DNA of 64,000 nucleotides. It comes from Mobula hypostoma (Eukaryota). The stretch spans positions 111,726,001 to 111,790,000 of the forward strand of contig NC_086097.1 in the NCBI RefSeq assembly GCF_963921235.1, given 5' to 3'. Both the position numbers and the translations under genes were made by a program. Below are positions 34,808-48,083 of the stretch, in pieces. How positions within the stretch are numbered: the stretch's first letter is position 1; every line of letters starts with the position of its first letter. The notes below the pieces were generated by a model. The model did not search any database. It saw nothing but the letters and a program-made list of their open reading frames with translations, and was not told where the DNA came from.

Positions 34808-35463
34808 AGGTTGACTCTGTGGTTAAGAAAGCATATGGTGCATTGGCCTTCATCAATCGTGGGATTGAGTTTAGGAGCTGAGAGGTAATGTTGCAGCTAT
34901 ATAGGACCCTGGGCAGACCTCACTTGGAGTACTGTGCTCAATTCTGGTCGCCTCACTATAGGAAGAACGTGGAAACCATAGAAAGGGTGCAGAGGAGATT
35001 TACAAGGATGTTGCCTGGATTGGGGAGTATGCCTTATGAGAATAGGTTGAGTGAACTCGGCCTTTTTTCCTTGGAGCGACAGAGGATGAGAGGTGACCTC
35101 AAAGAAGTGTACAAGATAATGAGAGGCATTGATCGTGTGGATTGTCAGAGGCTTTTTCCCAGGGCTGGAACGGCTAGCACAAGAGGGCACAGTTTTAAGG
35201 TGCTTGGAAATAGGTACAGAGGAGATGTCAGGGGTGAGTTTTTTTACTCAGAGAGTGGTGAGTGAGTGGAGTGGGCTGCTGGCGATGGTGGTGGAGCCGG
35301 ATAAGATAGGGTCTTTTAAGAGACTCCTGGACAGGTACATGGAGCTCAGAAAAATAGAGGGCTATGGGTAAACCTTGGTAATTTCGAAGGTAAGGACATG
35401 TTCGGCACAGCTTTGTGGGCCAAAGGGCCTGTATTGTGCTGTAGGTTTTCTATGTTTCTAATA
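34808..35463 (+). mobile_element. 5'-truncated CR1
   Basis: ORF 34888..35265 LYRTLGRPHLEYCAQFWSPHYRK; tail TTTCTATGTTTCTA. Confidence 0.93.
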
Positions 35464-35859
35464 CATTTAGCTGTCAATGTCAATGAAGGGATAACAAGCT
35501 ATGACATTCTGGGTAGGACATGGACACAGATGCTGTATTTTTTGAAGTGGTACATGTATAAGCTGTACCGATTTAAAACTTTAAAAGCTATCTTGGCTCT
35601 AGATGAACAAACATTATAAGAACAGTAATAGGTATTTATTTAATATTGTTCCTTAATGTGTATCATGCAGTGCTGAAGAGCAGAAAAAAGTCACTATACC
35701 AGTAATACATTCTCATATTTCCTCACAATTTTGAAAAAGGCTATTTAACCTATTTTGTCTATGCCAGCTCTCAGAACTAACCAATCCCATTTTCACTTAT
35801 ATGTTTATCAACATCCCCCAGTCCCCAATTCTGTAACCACTTATACCCGTCTATCAATC

Positions 35860-36800
35860 TACCAGCACAATCTACCCCACCAGCGCCCGCATCCAGCTCA
35901 TAATTCTCCAAAACTTCCACCACCTCCAACTGGATCCCACCACCAAACACATCCTTCCCTCCCCCCCCCACTTTCTGCTTTCCACAGGGATTGCTATCTA
36001 CACGACTCCCTTGTCCATTCATCCCTCCCCACTGATCTCCCTCCTGGCACTTATCCTTGCAAGCGGAACAGGTACTTCACCTGCCCCTACCCCTCCTCCC
36101 TCACTACCATTCAGGGCCCCAAACAGTCCTTTCAAGTGAGGTGACACTTCACCTGTGAGTCTGTTGGGGTCATATACCGTGTTCGGTGCTCCTGGTGTGG
36201 CCTCTTGTGAGACCTGACGTAGATTGGGAGACCGCTTCACCAAGCATCAAGGCTTCGTCTGCCAGAACAAGCAGGATCTCCCAGTGGCCACCCATTTTAA
36301 TTCCACTTCACAGTCTCATTCCAATACGTCCATCCATGGCCTCACCACTGTCGGGATAAGGCCACACTTAGGTTAGAGGAACAACACCTTATATTCCGTT
36401 TGGGTAGCCTCCAACCTGAAGGCATGAACATCGACTTCTCAAGCTTCCAGTAATGCTCCCACCCACCCCGCTTCACCATTTCCCATCCCCTTGTCCCTCT
36501 CTCATGTTACCTCCTTGCCCACCCATCGCCTCCCTCAGGCGCTCCTCCCCCTTTCTTCTTTCTTCCATGGCCTTCTGTCTCTCTCAACAATCAACTTCCC
36601 AGTTCTTTGCTTCATCCCTCCCGCTCCAAGTTTCACCTATCGCCTGGCATTCCTCTTTCCCCTCCCCCACCTTTCAAATCTACTCCTGGGCTTTTTTTTC
36701 TCCAGTCCAGCTGAAGGGTTTAGGTCCAAAATGTCGACTGTACTTTTCTCCATAGATGCTGCCTGGCCTGCTGAGTTCCTCCAGCATTTTGTGTGTGTGG
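35860..36800 (+). mobile_element. Older Penelope-like 3' fragment
   Basis: PPGTYPCKRNRYFTCPY (35755..36144), degenerate GIY-YIG region, decayed hammerhead at ~36704-36740. Confidence 0.85.
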
Positions 36801-36949
36801 CACAATATTGGGATCTGGGAAGAAAATGGAGCAGTTGAGGGAAATCCATGTGGTCACAGCAAGAACTAACTCACAATTACTTTTCTGGAATATCATTTGC
36901 CAACTATTTGCCCATTCTGCAAATATATAGTGGAGTACCATAGGAAATG

Positions 36950-37715
36950 GTACTGGGTCCATTGTTGTTTGTCATCTACATCAATGATATAATGTGTTAT
37001 CTGGATCAGCAGATTTGTGGATGACACTAAAGTTGGGGATGTAGTAGACAGCCAGGAAGACGATCAGAACTTGCAGCTGGAAAAAGGAGCCGAAAAATGG
37101 CAGATGGAATTTAATGCAGACAAGTGTGAGGTGTTGCACTTTGGTAGGACCAACCAGGGTAGATCTGACACAGTGAATGGCAGGGCACTGAGAAGTGTGA
37201 TAGAACAAAGGGATCTGGGAATATAGGTCCATAATTCATTGAAAGTAACATCACAGTAGATAGGTTTGTAAAGAAAGCTTTTGGCACTTTGGCCTTCATA
37301 AATCAATATATTGAGTACAGAAGGTGAGGTGTTATGTTGAAGTTGTACAAGACATTGGTGAGGCCTAATTTGGAGTGTTGTGTGTAGTATAAAAGAGTAT
37401 GGAGAAGATTTACAAGGATGTTGCCGAGATTGGAGGACCTGGTTTATGAGGAAAGATTGGATAGGATAGGGTAAATGCAAGTAGGCTTTTTCCACTGAAG
37501 TTTGGTGGGACGACAACTGGAGGTCATGCATCAAAGGTGAAAGGTGAAAAGTTTAAGGGGAATATGAGGGTTCTGAGAGTCTGGAACGAGCTGCCAACAC
37601 AAGTGGTGCATGCAAACTCGATTTCAACGTACATGGATGGTAGGGATTGATGAGAGTAGGCAGTGTAAATGGTTCGCCACAGATATATGGGCTGGAGGGC
37701 CTGTTTCTGTGCTAT
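36950..37715 (+). mobile_element. Degraded CR1 3' fragment
   Basis: DDTKVG...KWQMEFNADKCEVLHFG (37017..37226). Confidence 0.85.
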
Positions 37716-37907
37716 ACTTTGTTATCACATTCCCTTAGCATCTATTACTAAATCCTGTACTTTTCTATGACTCTGTGACTCTATATTGAAATTATATTGT
37801 TGCTGGTCTCGTCAGTTTTAAACATCTCTCCCAAATTTAATACCATTCAAAAATTTATAAATTGCATTTTTGATTTCAGACTCTAAATCATTAATGCAAT
37901 TTTAAAC

Positions 37908-38145
37908 TTTTTATTTAGAGGTATAGTATCCTAACAGGCTTTGGGCCCAGTGAGCCCAGGCTGCCCAGTTATGCCCAAATAGCTGTAAATCTTTGGAAAG
38001 TGGTAGGGAACCGGAGTACTTGGAGAAAACCCATGTAGTCACAGGGTGAATGTACAAGCTCCCCACAGACAGTGACAGAATTGAACTTGGGTTGCAGCTA
38101 CTACTGTTACAGCATGTGCCAACTGCAGTGCTACCATGCCACCCA
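37908..38145 (-). mobile_element. V-SINE-like element
   Basis: - strand GGGTGGCATGGTAGCAC head and GGGTTTTCTCCAAGTACTCCGGTTCCCTACCAC V-domain-like core. Confidence 0.6.
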
Positions 38146-38457
38146 CTAATTTTGAGCAGCAGTGTTCCTAATACTGACCCATGAAACACCAAATCCCTGC
38201 GTCCTCAATGCAAGATGACCACCTTTTCCACCCCCTTTCTGTCCCAAAGCCGGCCAGCAATCCATTCTGCCCCTTAACCCCCAATTTAGTATTCCCTTCC
38301 TTTAATCAGTAGAGCTCTGTGGCATTGCATTTTTGGAACCTGGATGAATTACACAGACTGCATTACTGTCTACTCTCTCAGTTACCTCTTCAAAAAAATC
38401 AATCACCAGAAAGAATTTGTCCATTTTCTCTTTTGGTAATGACACAGGCATTGAATA

Positions 38458-39005
38458 TACTCAGGGGCCAGTTTATTAGGTACACCCGTACACCTGCTCA
38501 TTACTGCAAATATCTAATCAGCCAATCATGTGGCAGCAACTCAATGCATAAAAGCATGCAGACATGATCAGGAGGTTCAGTTGTTGTTCAGACCAAACAT
38601 CAAAATGGGGAAGAAATGTGACCCAAGTGACTTTGACCATGGAATGATTGTTGGTGCCAGATGGGGTGATTTGGGTGTCTTAGAAACTTCTGGTATTTTC
38701 ATGCACAGAACTTACAGAGTATGGAATGAGAAAAAAAAATCCAGTGGCTGGCATGTCTGTGGGTGAAAATACCTTGTTAATGAGAGAGATCAGAGAAGAT
38801 TGCCTAGAATGGTTCAAGCTGACAGGAAGGTGACAGTAACTCAAATAACCACATGTTACAACAGTGGTGTGCAGATGAGCATCTCTGAATACACAACATG
38901 TCAAACCTTGAAGTGGATGGGTTACAGCAGCAGAAGACCATGAACATACACTCAATGGCCACTTTATTAGATACAGGAGGTATCTAATAAAGTGGCCACT
39001 GAGTG
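38458..39005. mobile_element. Non-autonomous Tc1-type MITE (family of 21084, opposite orientation)
   Basis: Termini TACTCAGGGGCCAGTTTATTAG / CTAATAAAGTGGCCACTGAGTG-TA. Confidence 0.85.
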
Positions 39006-39298
39006 TAGATCTATAGTTTTGTATCCCATTAAAGCATAAGAATTAGAAATGTACAAAATGCAGCTTCTGGTGCTATTTTTGTGCTGATAACAATGATCTC
39101 CAGTTGACTCTTTTCAACAGTAGCTCCATTGGGTTCCTGATTTGACACAATAAATTTTTAAACCGGGTGTACAGTAATATAACTGGTTTAAAGTGGATAA
39201 ACTGCAGGCAAACAGCTGGCGGTTTGAACCACTGATTCAGAGGCGTGAGTTTGAAGCTGACCAGCTTAGAAGTTTAGATTCCTGTGTAATTAAACGTG

Positions 39299-39899
39299 CC
39301 CGCTAGAGAAAGCAGGATCTCCCAGTGGCCACACATTTTAATTTCACGTCCCATTCCCATTCTGATATGTCTATCCACAGCCTCCTCTACTGTCAAGATG
39401 AAGCCACACTCAGGTTGAAGGAACAACACCTTATATTCCGTCTGGGTAGCCTCCAACCTGATGGCATGAACATTGACTTCTCTAACTTCCGCTAATGCCC
39501 CACCTCCCCCTCGTATCCCATCCGTTATTTATTTATTTATTATTAATTTTTTCCCTCTCTCCTTTTTCTCCCTCTGTCCCTCTCACTATACTCCTTGCCC
39601 ATCCTCTGGGCTTCCCCTTCCCCCTTTCTTTCTCCCTTGGCCTCCCGTCCCATGATCCTCTCCCTTCTCCAGCCTCATATCCCTTTTGCCAATCAACTTT
39701 CCAGCTCTTAGCTCCATCCCACCCCCTCCTGTCTTCTCCTATCATTTCAGATCTCCCCCTCCCCCTCACACTTTTAAATCTCTTACGAGCTCTTCTTTCA
39801 GTTAGTCTTGGCGAAGGGTCTCAGCCCGAAACGTGGACTGTACCTCCTCCTAGAGATGCTGGCTGGCCTGCTGCGTTCACCAGCATTTTGTGTGCGTGT
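39299..39899 (+). mobile_element. 5'-truncated Penelope-like copy with ~12-bp TSD
   Basis: RKQDLPVATHFN..QPDGMNIDFSNFR codons; decayed hammerhead 39804-39839; TAATTAAA(C/T)GTG at 39287-39298 and 39900-39911. Confidence 0.88.
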
Positions 39900-42484
39900 T
39901 AATTAAATGTGGATTTTTTTTCAAAAAAAGAACTAGCTTGTAAATACAAAGCCTCCCAATTGTCATTAAAAATGTCTAGTCTTCTTTCAGAAAAGGTAAT
40001 CTATCATCCATACATAGATTTGACATATATATCACTGATGCAAGACCCATGACTGTGGTTGACCCTTAACTACCTTCTCGGGGAATTGAGGGGTAGACAT
40101 TATCTATTGAAATAGCGATCTATATCCATCTCTGTGAATAGATAAACAGACAACAGTCCATATTCCATCTCTGCATGAAATCTATATATTTCAGTAATTC
40201 ACATCTGGCCTCTGTTCTGCTCTACCTCTGTTTGTGCTCATGTGTTTTCATTTTACTGAATAGAATACACCATCCTCTCTACTTTTCTACATTTCATACC
40301 TCTAAAAAACATTGCCAAACTCTATTTTACAATTGTTCTTTCACTAATCCTCCCCTCCTCTTCTATTGTTTGGTCTCTCTTGTGGAAGATTTAAAAAAAT
40401 GCACTAAATACGTTCAAGTTTTTTTCTGTTCTTTAATCAACATCGGTTATTTTGCATTAATAGAATTTCATAAGTGTAGAAGCCATGCATCTATTCACTA
40501 CTTGCTTTGTATCCTGTGTCTTGGTTTATTATGTTTATTATGGTAACTAGTCACATGAGTGGGGGCGTGGTAAAAGCGAAGGCAATCAGTTATGTCTTCA
40601 TGCTTTGCTCCAGGCAGTTTGTAGCTTGGGACTGGTGAATGTTTTGCTGATGCTCAATAACGTTCAATTGTGCTTAACTTACACTTGGATATGCTGAAGT
40701 TTCATCACTTCAAGATTGTATGTTTGCTAATTGTTAATAAAGGGTCAAGTAAAGGATTCAACTTTTGGAGCAATCATTGGAGCTGGGGGCGTGTCAAGCA
40801 AGTATATCAAATCCGTAGGTTGAAGGCAGCTACAATTGTTTTGCTTTTGGTTTTGCCGTTACAATAAGGTTAAATTCGTAACAACAATTACAGTTTACAT
40901 TTATATAATTTCCTTGACATAATACAAAGGTTCCAAGGCAGTTCACGTAAGAGTTAGTAGACAAACCCAACACCCCACCAAAGAAGGAGATTTTAAGAGA
41001 GCTCATCAATGCAGATGCACAAGGAATGTTTTGAAGCAAGAGAGAGTTGTAAAATGATACAGAGTTTTAAAAAGAGACTTTCACAGGATTAGCAATTGAA
41101 GGCATTAGCTAAATTCGGGTAAAGAAAATTAGGAATGCATGAGAAACTAGAAATAAATGAAGGAAAATGCCTCAGAGCATTTAAGTGCCGGACACAATTA
41201 AGGACATCAAAAGAGGTGATGTAATTGAGGTATTTGAACATAATGATGAGAAAATGTAAGCATTACCAGACTTCAAGACAGTGAAGCTCGTGGGCAAAGT
41301 GAATACAGGAGGTGGAGGAAGTTTGAAAATAGACCTGGATGCTTGAGCTGAGGGGGAATTAGTGTTCCACAAGTCTTCCTTTCTCTCCTTCTACATGCCT
41401 CAATTATAAAGCTCAGATCCCATGTGCTTTTTAAACTCCTTTCTCCACCTGTGCACATAAACCCCTAGATCTCACTTTTGTTGGAATTGTGCTCTGTATA
41501 CCCAAGTCCACATCATTAATGCATGTTGAGAAAAGCAGCAATTTAGTACAGAACCACTTCTCCATAACATGAGATACAATTTCTCAATACTCTTGTTTCA
41601 TGCTGCTTAACTGTTTACTTTCCACACTTTGTTAATCTATGCTTAAATTATTATCATGAGCCTCGGATGTGGCACTTTTTCAGATTCCTGTTAGAAGTTT
41701 ACATTTACCACACCAACTAAATGTTCCTTATTTACTCTCTCTGTTACTTAATCAAAACACCTTTTTAAAATATTAAATGCCACTTCCCTTAATTCATCCT
41801 AGCTTTCTCTAAGCGGCCAACAATATAGAAGTGATAGTTAATTCTGATCCTGATTATTGTTTCAGGAGTTTTCCTCACCACAGACACTATATATTGCCAG
41901 GTCTGTACTTTGTAAGTACATCCCTGCTAATGATTGCTATTGTCCATTCTTCAATCTCCTCCCCTGAATACATGGATGTTTGACTGATCATGGCCAGGGT
42001 TTCTACTATTTCCTTCCTTCCCTCAAAAACTTGGGATTTATCACTTTAAGTACAGCTAGCTTTTCTATCTTTATTTCTAATTTTTTGACCTATCAGAATC
42101 TCAACCACATATTCCTTTGAGGCTCAAGCAGTCTTCATCCTTCTGAGAGGGATGTAAAGAACTCATTCATGTATTCTCCCAGCTATTCCCTTTGCCTCCA
42201 TGAATAGATTTCTTTCTTAGTCTCTGATCAACAATTTCTTTTCCAACCCCACCTCCTCCCTCTCTTACAACCCTTTTCCTGTTCACATGTACACATACTA
42301 CTTTTGAATATTTCTATATTCACTGACATTCTTTTCTCATTCTCACTTTTCTTCCCGCATTTCTTTTCTCTTATTTCTGCTTTGAAGATTTTGTAATTTT
42401 TTTGTAATTAGTTTAATTATCATTTTCATACATATTTCTTTATCTCTAAAAAGTTCTAAGTATACTTATTATCAAAATCCATAT

Positions 42485-42690
42485 AGCCGGCCAGTGGTGT
42501 AGTGGCATCTGCACCAGACTTTGAGGCAAGTGGTCCCAGTCTCGAATCCGGCCGGTTCCTTGTACGCTTTGTATCTGTGCTGGGTTGAGCATCAAGCTAG
42601 CAACTTGGCCTTGTTAAAAAAAAAAGACAAATGCTAAAGAAACAGCAGTGGACCCCCAGTGGGCCACTAGGTACGGAGAGGAACAATATG
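42485..42690 (+). mobile_element. tRNA-derived SINE (second family)
   Basis: TGGTGTAGTGG A box, CTCGAATCC B box, non-tRNA body. Confidence 0.6.
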
Positions 42691-42697
42691 TATGCCT

Positions 42698-42890
42698 CCA
42701 TATACAACCCTGAGATTTATTTTCTTGTGGGCATACTCAATAAATCCATAATAGAATAATAACCATAATAGAATCAATGAAGGACTGCACCAACTTGGGC
42801 TTTCAGCCAATGTGCAAAAACCAGCAAACTGTGCAAATACGAAAAGAAAGAAATAACAATAATAAATATTAAGAACATGAGATTCAAGAT
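42698..42890 (-). repeat. Interspersed repeat, also at 54895-55120 and in opposite orientation near 43300-43510 (probable LINE-derived 3' tail)
   Basis: CATATACAACCCTGAGATT..TTTTCTTGTGG...AAACTGTGCAAAT..AAAAG shared with 54895-55090. Confidence 0.6.
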
Positions 42891-43577
42891 TGAAATCAGC
42901 AAGGATGAGAGTGGAAGCCGAGCAGGTGCTCAGCGCTATCTGCCTGTGTTTGACCAATCTCTCTCTCTCCCTCTCGCCCACTGCTGCTAGAGGAAGGGGC
43001 CTGTGTTTGAACGGTCTCTCTCTCTCTCTCATTCTCACGTTCTGCTCCTGGAGGAAGATGTCTGCACTTGACTAGTTTCTCTCTCCCTCTCAATCAATGC
43101 TGCCAGAGTTTTGAGCTTGGGCAAAGTTTAATTGACATGACTAGATGCAGATTGGACTCTGCAGTTCATGTTATGTGCTTCTGGTTACTCCTTCTTTTGC
43201 TGCTATCTTGTGCGATCTTGGTCGCAGCAGACTGGCTCTGCAGCTTGCGGTCAACGAAAGATACAGTGCTAAACTGAAATGAACTGAACTGAACTAAACA
43301 TTCCTAGACTGTTTCAATGACACTGTGATTTGATGTTTTATGTTCTGTGTTTTCTGCTTGCTTTTTGCAATTTGCATGATTTGTTCTTTTTTGGGAATTT
43401 TCTTTAAACGGTTTTCATAGTATTTTTTTGTTTTGTGGCTGTCTGTGGGAAGACAAATCTCAGGGTTGGCAACTGCATACATACTTTGATAATAAATGTA
43501 CTTTGAACTTTGAAGAGCCCCTGAAAGTGAGTCCATAAGCTTTGGGAACATTTCAGTGATGGTGCAAGTGAAGTTGA

Positions 43578-44535
43578 AACATAGAAATATAGCAATCTGC
43601 ATCATGTTACAGGCTCTTTGGCCCACAACGTTGTGCCAATCATGTCTAGAAACTGCCAAGAATTTCCCTCATGCATAGCCCTCTATTTTTCTAAGCTCCA
43701 TGTACTCATCTAAGAGTCTCTTAAAAGACCATATTGTATCCACCTTGCTGGCAGTGCATTCCATGCACCCACCACTCTGTGTGAAAAACTTACCTCTGAC
43801 ATCCCCCTTGTACCTATTTCCAAGCACTTTAAAACTGTGCCCCCTCATGTTATCCATTTCAGCCCTGGGAAAAAGCCTCTGGCTATCTACATGATCAATG
43901 CCTCTCATCATCTTATGCACCTCTATCAGGTCACCTCTCATCCTCCATCGCTCCAAGGAGAAAAGGCCAAGTTCACTCAACCTATTCTCATAAGACATGC
44001 TCTCCAATCCAGATAACATCCTTGTAAATCTCTTCTGCGCTCTCTCTATAGTATCCACATCCTTTCTGTAATGAGGTGTCTAGAACTGAACACAGTACTC
44101 CCAAGTGGGGTCTAACTAAGGTCTTATATAGCCGTAACATTACCTCACGGCTCTTGAACTCAATCCCATGGCTGATGACGGCCAACACGCCATACACCTT
44201 CTTAACAACACTGTCAACCTGCACAGCAGGTTTGAGAGTCCTCTAGACATGGACCCCAAGATCTCGCTGATCCTCCACACTGCCAAGAGTCTTACCATTA
44301 GTATTATATTCTGTCTTCTTATTTGACCTACCAAAATGAACCACTTTACACTTATCTGGGTTGAACTCCATCTGCCATTTCTCAGCCCAGTTCTGCACCC
44401 TACCAATGTCACACTGTAACCTCTGACAACCCTCCAGACTATCCACAACACCCACAACTTTTGTGTCATCAGCAAATGTACTAACCCACTCTTCTACTTC
44501 CTCATCTAGGTTATTGATAAAAATCACAAAAAGGA
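43578..44535 (-). mobile_element. 5'-truncated CR1
   Basis: IFINNLDE...FADDTKV (44243..44527); ERAQKRFTRML (43669..44058); AACATAGAAA tail. Confidence 0.92.
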
Positions 44536-45372
44536 GTGAAGTTCAAAGGTTTCAAAGGTACATTTGATGTCGGAGAAATGTATACAATATACATCCTGAA
44601 ATACTTTTTCTTCGCAACCATCCATGAAAACAGAGGAGTGCCCCCAAAGAATGAATGACAGTTAAATGTTAGCACCTCACAGCCCCCCACCAATTCCCTC
44701 TCCCACACATAAGCAGCAGCAAAGCAACAATTCCCCCCCCCATCAACAAAAAAAAACATCGGCACCCACCACTGAACACTCAAGGTGTGCAGCAAAGCAT
44801 CAGCAAAGACACAGACTTGCAGTACCCCAAAGACTACTCATTCACCCAGTATTCGACATACCCAGACTCTCTCTCTCCCTAATGGGGAGAAAGAGGTGTC
44901 TCCGTGTCACAGTGAGAAGGGAGACATAACAAACAACTCGCTGATTTATGATGTTATAAGTCAGTTGCATTGCTTTTTCCAAGCTCTGTGCCCAAAGAAC
45001 TCAGGTCTCTGGGCACACAGCCAGCAGCCAGCTTGCTGCTTTCGATCCTCCATCTCCCACAACACACCAGATTCCGGCAGAGACACTGACTTTTGGTCCA
45101 CCTGTCTCCAGAGCCACGAGATTCCGGAATTCCAAAGATGAGCTAAGCTCTTAGGCTGCATCCTTGGCATGTCGAATAACAGCCAGTCATGAAATCCGAG
45201 AGCGGGTCCCATTCCCACAAAGAACCCAAGTCAGCGTGTAACTCCAGGTCAGGGTCTTCAAAAGAACCCTGAAAGGGAAAAGTAAAGATAGTAAAGATGG
45301 AAATAGAGCTGTTTCCAAAGATGCAAGTAAAGGAGTTTGGTGCCATTGTCTCCTCCTAAGCTCCTTCTCTAG

Positions 45373-46452
45373 TTATCCCCTTTGGTTCAGGAGCTCGATA
45401 AATAAGTGGTAAAAACTATTCCTGAACCTGATGACTGAGTGGTAATAACTGTTCCTGAACCCGATGACTGAGTGGTAATAACTGTTCCTGAACCTGATGA
45501 CTGAGTGGTAATAACTGTTCCTGAACCCGATGACTGAGTGGTAATAACCGTTCCTGAACCCGATGAACCCGATGACTGAGTGGTAATAACCGTTCCTGAA
45601 CCCGATGACTGAGTGGTAATAACCGACCCTGAACCCGATGACTGAGTGGTAATAACCGTTCCTGAACCCCATGACTGAGTGGTAAGAACTGTTCCTGAAC
45701 CTGATGACTGAGTGGTAATAACCGTTCCTGAACCCGATGACTGAGTGGTGATAACCGACCCTGAACCCGATGACTGAGTGGTGATAACCGACCCTGAACC
45801 CGATGACTGTGTGGTAATAACTGTTCCTGAACCTGATGACTGAGTGGTAATAACTGTTCCAGCACCCGATGACTGAGTGGTAATAACCGACCCTGAACCC
45901 GATGACTGTGTGGTAATAACTGTTCCTGAACCTGATGACTGAGTGGTAATAACTGTTACAGAACCCGATGACTGAGTGGTAATAACTGTTCCTGAACCCG
46001 ATGACTGAGTGGTAACAACCGTTCCTGAACCTGATGACTGAGTGGTAATAACTGTTCCTGAACCCGATGACTGAGTGGTAACAACCGTTCCTGAACCTGA
46101 TGACTGAGTGGTAATAACCATTCCTGAACCTGATGACTGAGTGGTAATAACTGTTCCTGAACCTGATGCTGCAAGTCCTGATGCTCCTGTACCTTCTCTG
46201 TGATGATGGAAGTAGTGAAAAGAAAGCATGTCCTGGGTGGAGGGGGTCCCTGGTAATGGATGCTGCTTTCCTGCGATAATGATTCATGTAGACATGCTCA
46301 TTCGTGGGGAGGGCTTTAACCGTGATGGTCTGGGCCAAATCCACTATTTCTTGTACCATTTTCTGCTCCAGGGCATAGGTGTTTCCATACCAGACTGTGA
46401 TGCAGCCAGTCAATATACTCTCCACCACACATCTATAGAAGTTTACTCTCAT
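45373..46452 (-). mobile_element. Rex1/Babar-type LINE ORF C-terminus with internal tandem expansion
   Basis: NFYRCVVESILTGCITVWYGN...RKAASITRDPLHPGHAFFSLLPS..RRYRSIRT..RFRNSYY...LLN. Confidence 0.85.
45415..46168. repeat. 33-bp minisatellite, ~22-23 copies
   Basis: Unit CTGTTCCTGAACC(C/T)GATGACTGAGTGGTAATAA; 11-aa periodicity in all three - strand frames; one extra 9-nt partial unit at ~45565. Confidence 0.97.
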
Positions 46453-46869
46453 TTATAAAAAGTAATCTCTAGCTTACTCTCTAAAACTCCCCCCTGATGG
46501 GAGGGGGCTACATAGTATCCACACCAGGATCACCATGCTCAAAATGTTACTTTCCCTAAGCAGTAAGGCTGAACAACACTTCCACCTACTAACTCACCCC
46601 TCCATCATTACTTTGCCATTTTCTGTCAGTCTCACCTTACATATGTACAGACACTCCTGTGCCTAGCGTCATTTTTGGACATGCAGTCAATCTATGTACG
46701 CAAGCTATTTTACGTATTAATACTTAGTGTTTTTTAAATTATTATTATTATTGTGTTCTCTATCTTTTTGTATTTTTTTTGTGCTGTATCGGATCCGGAG
46801 TAACACCTAATTTGTTCTTCTTTGCACTTGTGTACTGGAAATAACATTAAACAATCTTGAATCTTAAGC

Positions 46870-47375
46870 TGGATCAAAATGCTGGAGGAACTGAGCAGGT
46901 CAGGGAGTATCAATGGAAATGAATAAAGTCGAAGTTCCAGGCCGAGACGCTTCATCAGGACTGAAATGGAAGGGGGAGGACGCCAGAGTAAAAAGGTGGG
47001 GGGAGGCGAAGAAGGCAAACTGGAAGGTGATAGGTGAAGCCAAGTGAGCAGGAAAGATGTAAGGCTGGAGAAGAAGGAATCTGATAGGAGATGAGAGTAG
47101 ACCATAGGAGAAAGGGAAGGAGGACGGGTCCCAGCTGTAATTGATAGGTAGGTGAGAAGAGGTAAAATGCCAGAGCAGGCAATAGAAGAAGAGGGAAGGG
47201 GGAGGGAAAAAGAATTACAGGAAGGAAGAAAAAAGTGACATTCACGCCAGCAGGTTGGAGGCTACCCAGAGAGAATACAAGTTGTTGCTCCTCCACTCTG
47301 AGGGTGGCCTCCTCTTGGCACAAGAGGAGGCCATGGATTGACACGTCGGACGGGAATAGGAATTGGAATTAATAT
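46870..47375 (-). mobile_element. Older Penelope-like 3' fragment
   Basis: SIHGLLLCQEEATLRVEEQQLVFSLGSLQPAG (46955..47344); decayed hammerhead CTGATGA..GGAACTTC at 46927-46962. Confidence 0.85.
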
Positions 47376-47820
47376 GTAGTAAAAAGTTACTTAAGCTATA
47401 TGTAGCAGCCAATTCTAGCCAAACCACATTGCCATGCTGGCTACCCCCCATGGGTTTGTTACTCTTGTATGACACACCCTCAGCTCCAATAATGATTGTT
47501 ACAAAAATCAAAGATATCTATTTGATCCTTTATTAGCAATTAGCAAAGATAAAAGCTTGAAACAATGAAACTTAAGTGTACCCAAGTGTATGTTAAGTGT
47601 AATTGAGTGGTCAACAAAAGATACAATATCTGTCGGTCCCCAACTGCAAACTGTACTGAACAAAGGAAGAATACGTAACTTATTTCCTCACTTTTACCAT
47701 GCCCCCACCCATGTGACTAGTTACCATAATAAACATAATAAATGCAAAACACAGAATACAAAGCAGATGGAGAACAGAGGCATGGCTCCTACACTGTAAG
47801 TGTCCATGAATACTACATAC

Positions 47821-47928
47821 AGTTGCATCTCTCAGCAACACTCTTTCCCGTATAATGCAAATGAATAACAATCCATGGATAGTGATGAAGCCTGGGTGTT
47901 ACAGAGCCCCACTGCTGGGGATGTTGGC
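47821..47928 (-). CDS. Candidate exon 3 of divergent - strand transcript (108 nt, phase 1-1)
   Basis: GTCCTTTTCCAG acceptor, GTATGT donor, frame stays open (GQHPQQWGSVTPRLHHYPWIVIHLHYTGKSVAERCN). Confidence 0.3.
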
Positions 47929-48011
47929 CTGGAAAAGGACAGCAGCATTGCTTCACTATTTTTCCAGTGCTTTTGAAGGACAGTGTTTAGGAAGTAGTGA
48001 CAGTATCTTAC

Positions 48012-48083
48012 CGGAGCCTTGAGTTGTCTGTTGGAGGTAGTCCAGGTTTCCTAATTGTAAAGAAGAATCAGGATCCCTGGCGC
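48012..48083 (-). CDS. Candidate exon 2 of divergent - strand transcript (72 nt, phase 1-1)
   Basis: GGTCTTCTAG acceptor, CCG|GTAAGA donor, open frame GARDPDSSLQLGNLDYLQQTTQGS. Confidence 0.4.

Noticed and set aside
45415..46168. CRISPR-like array, or antifreeze/mucin-like host protein (SGSGTVITTQS)n
   Set aside because: Units are contiguous with no unique spacers, the context is vertebrate, and the unit is a piece of the flanking LINE ORF; the alternate frames are open only because the 33-mer has no stop codons.
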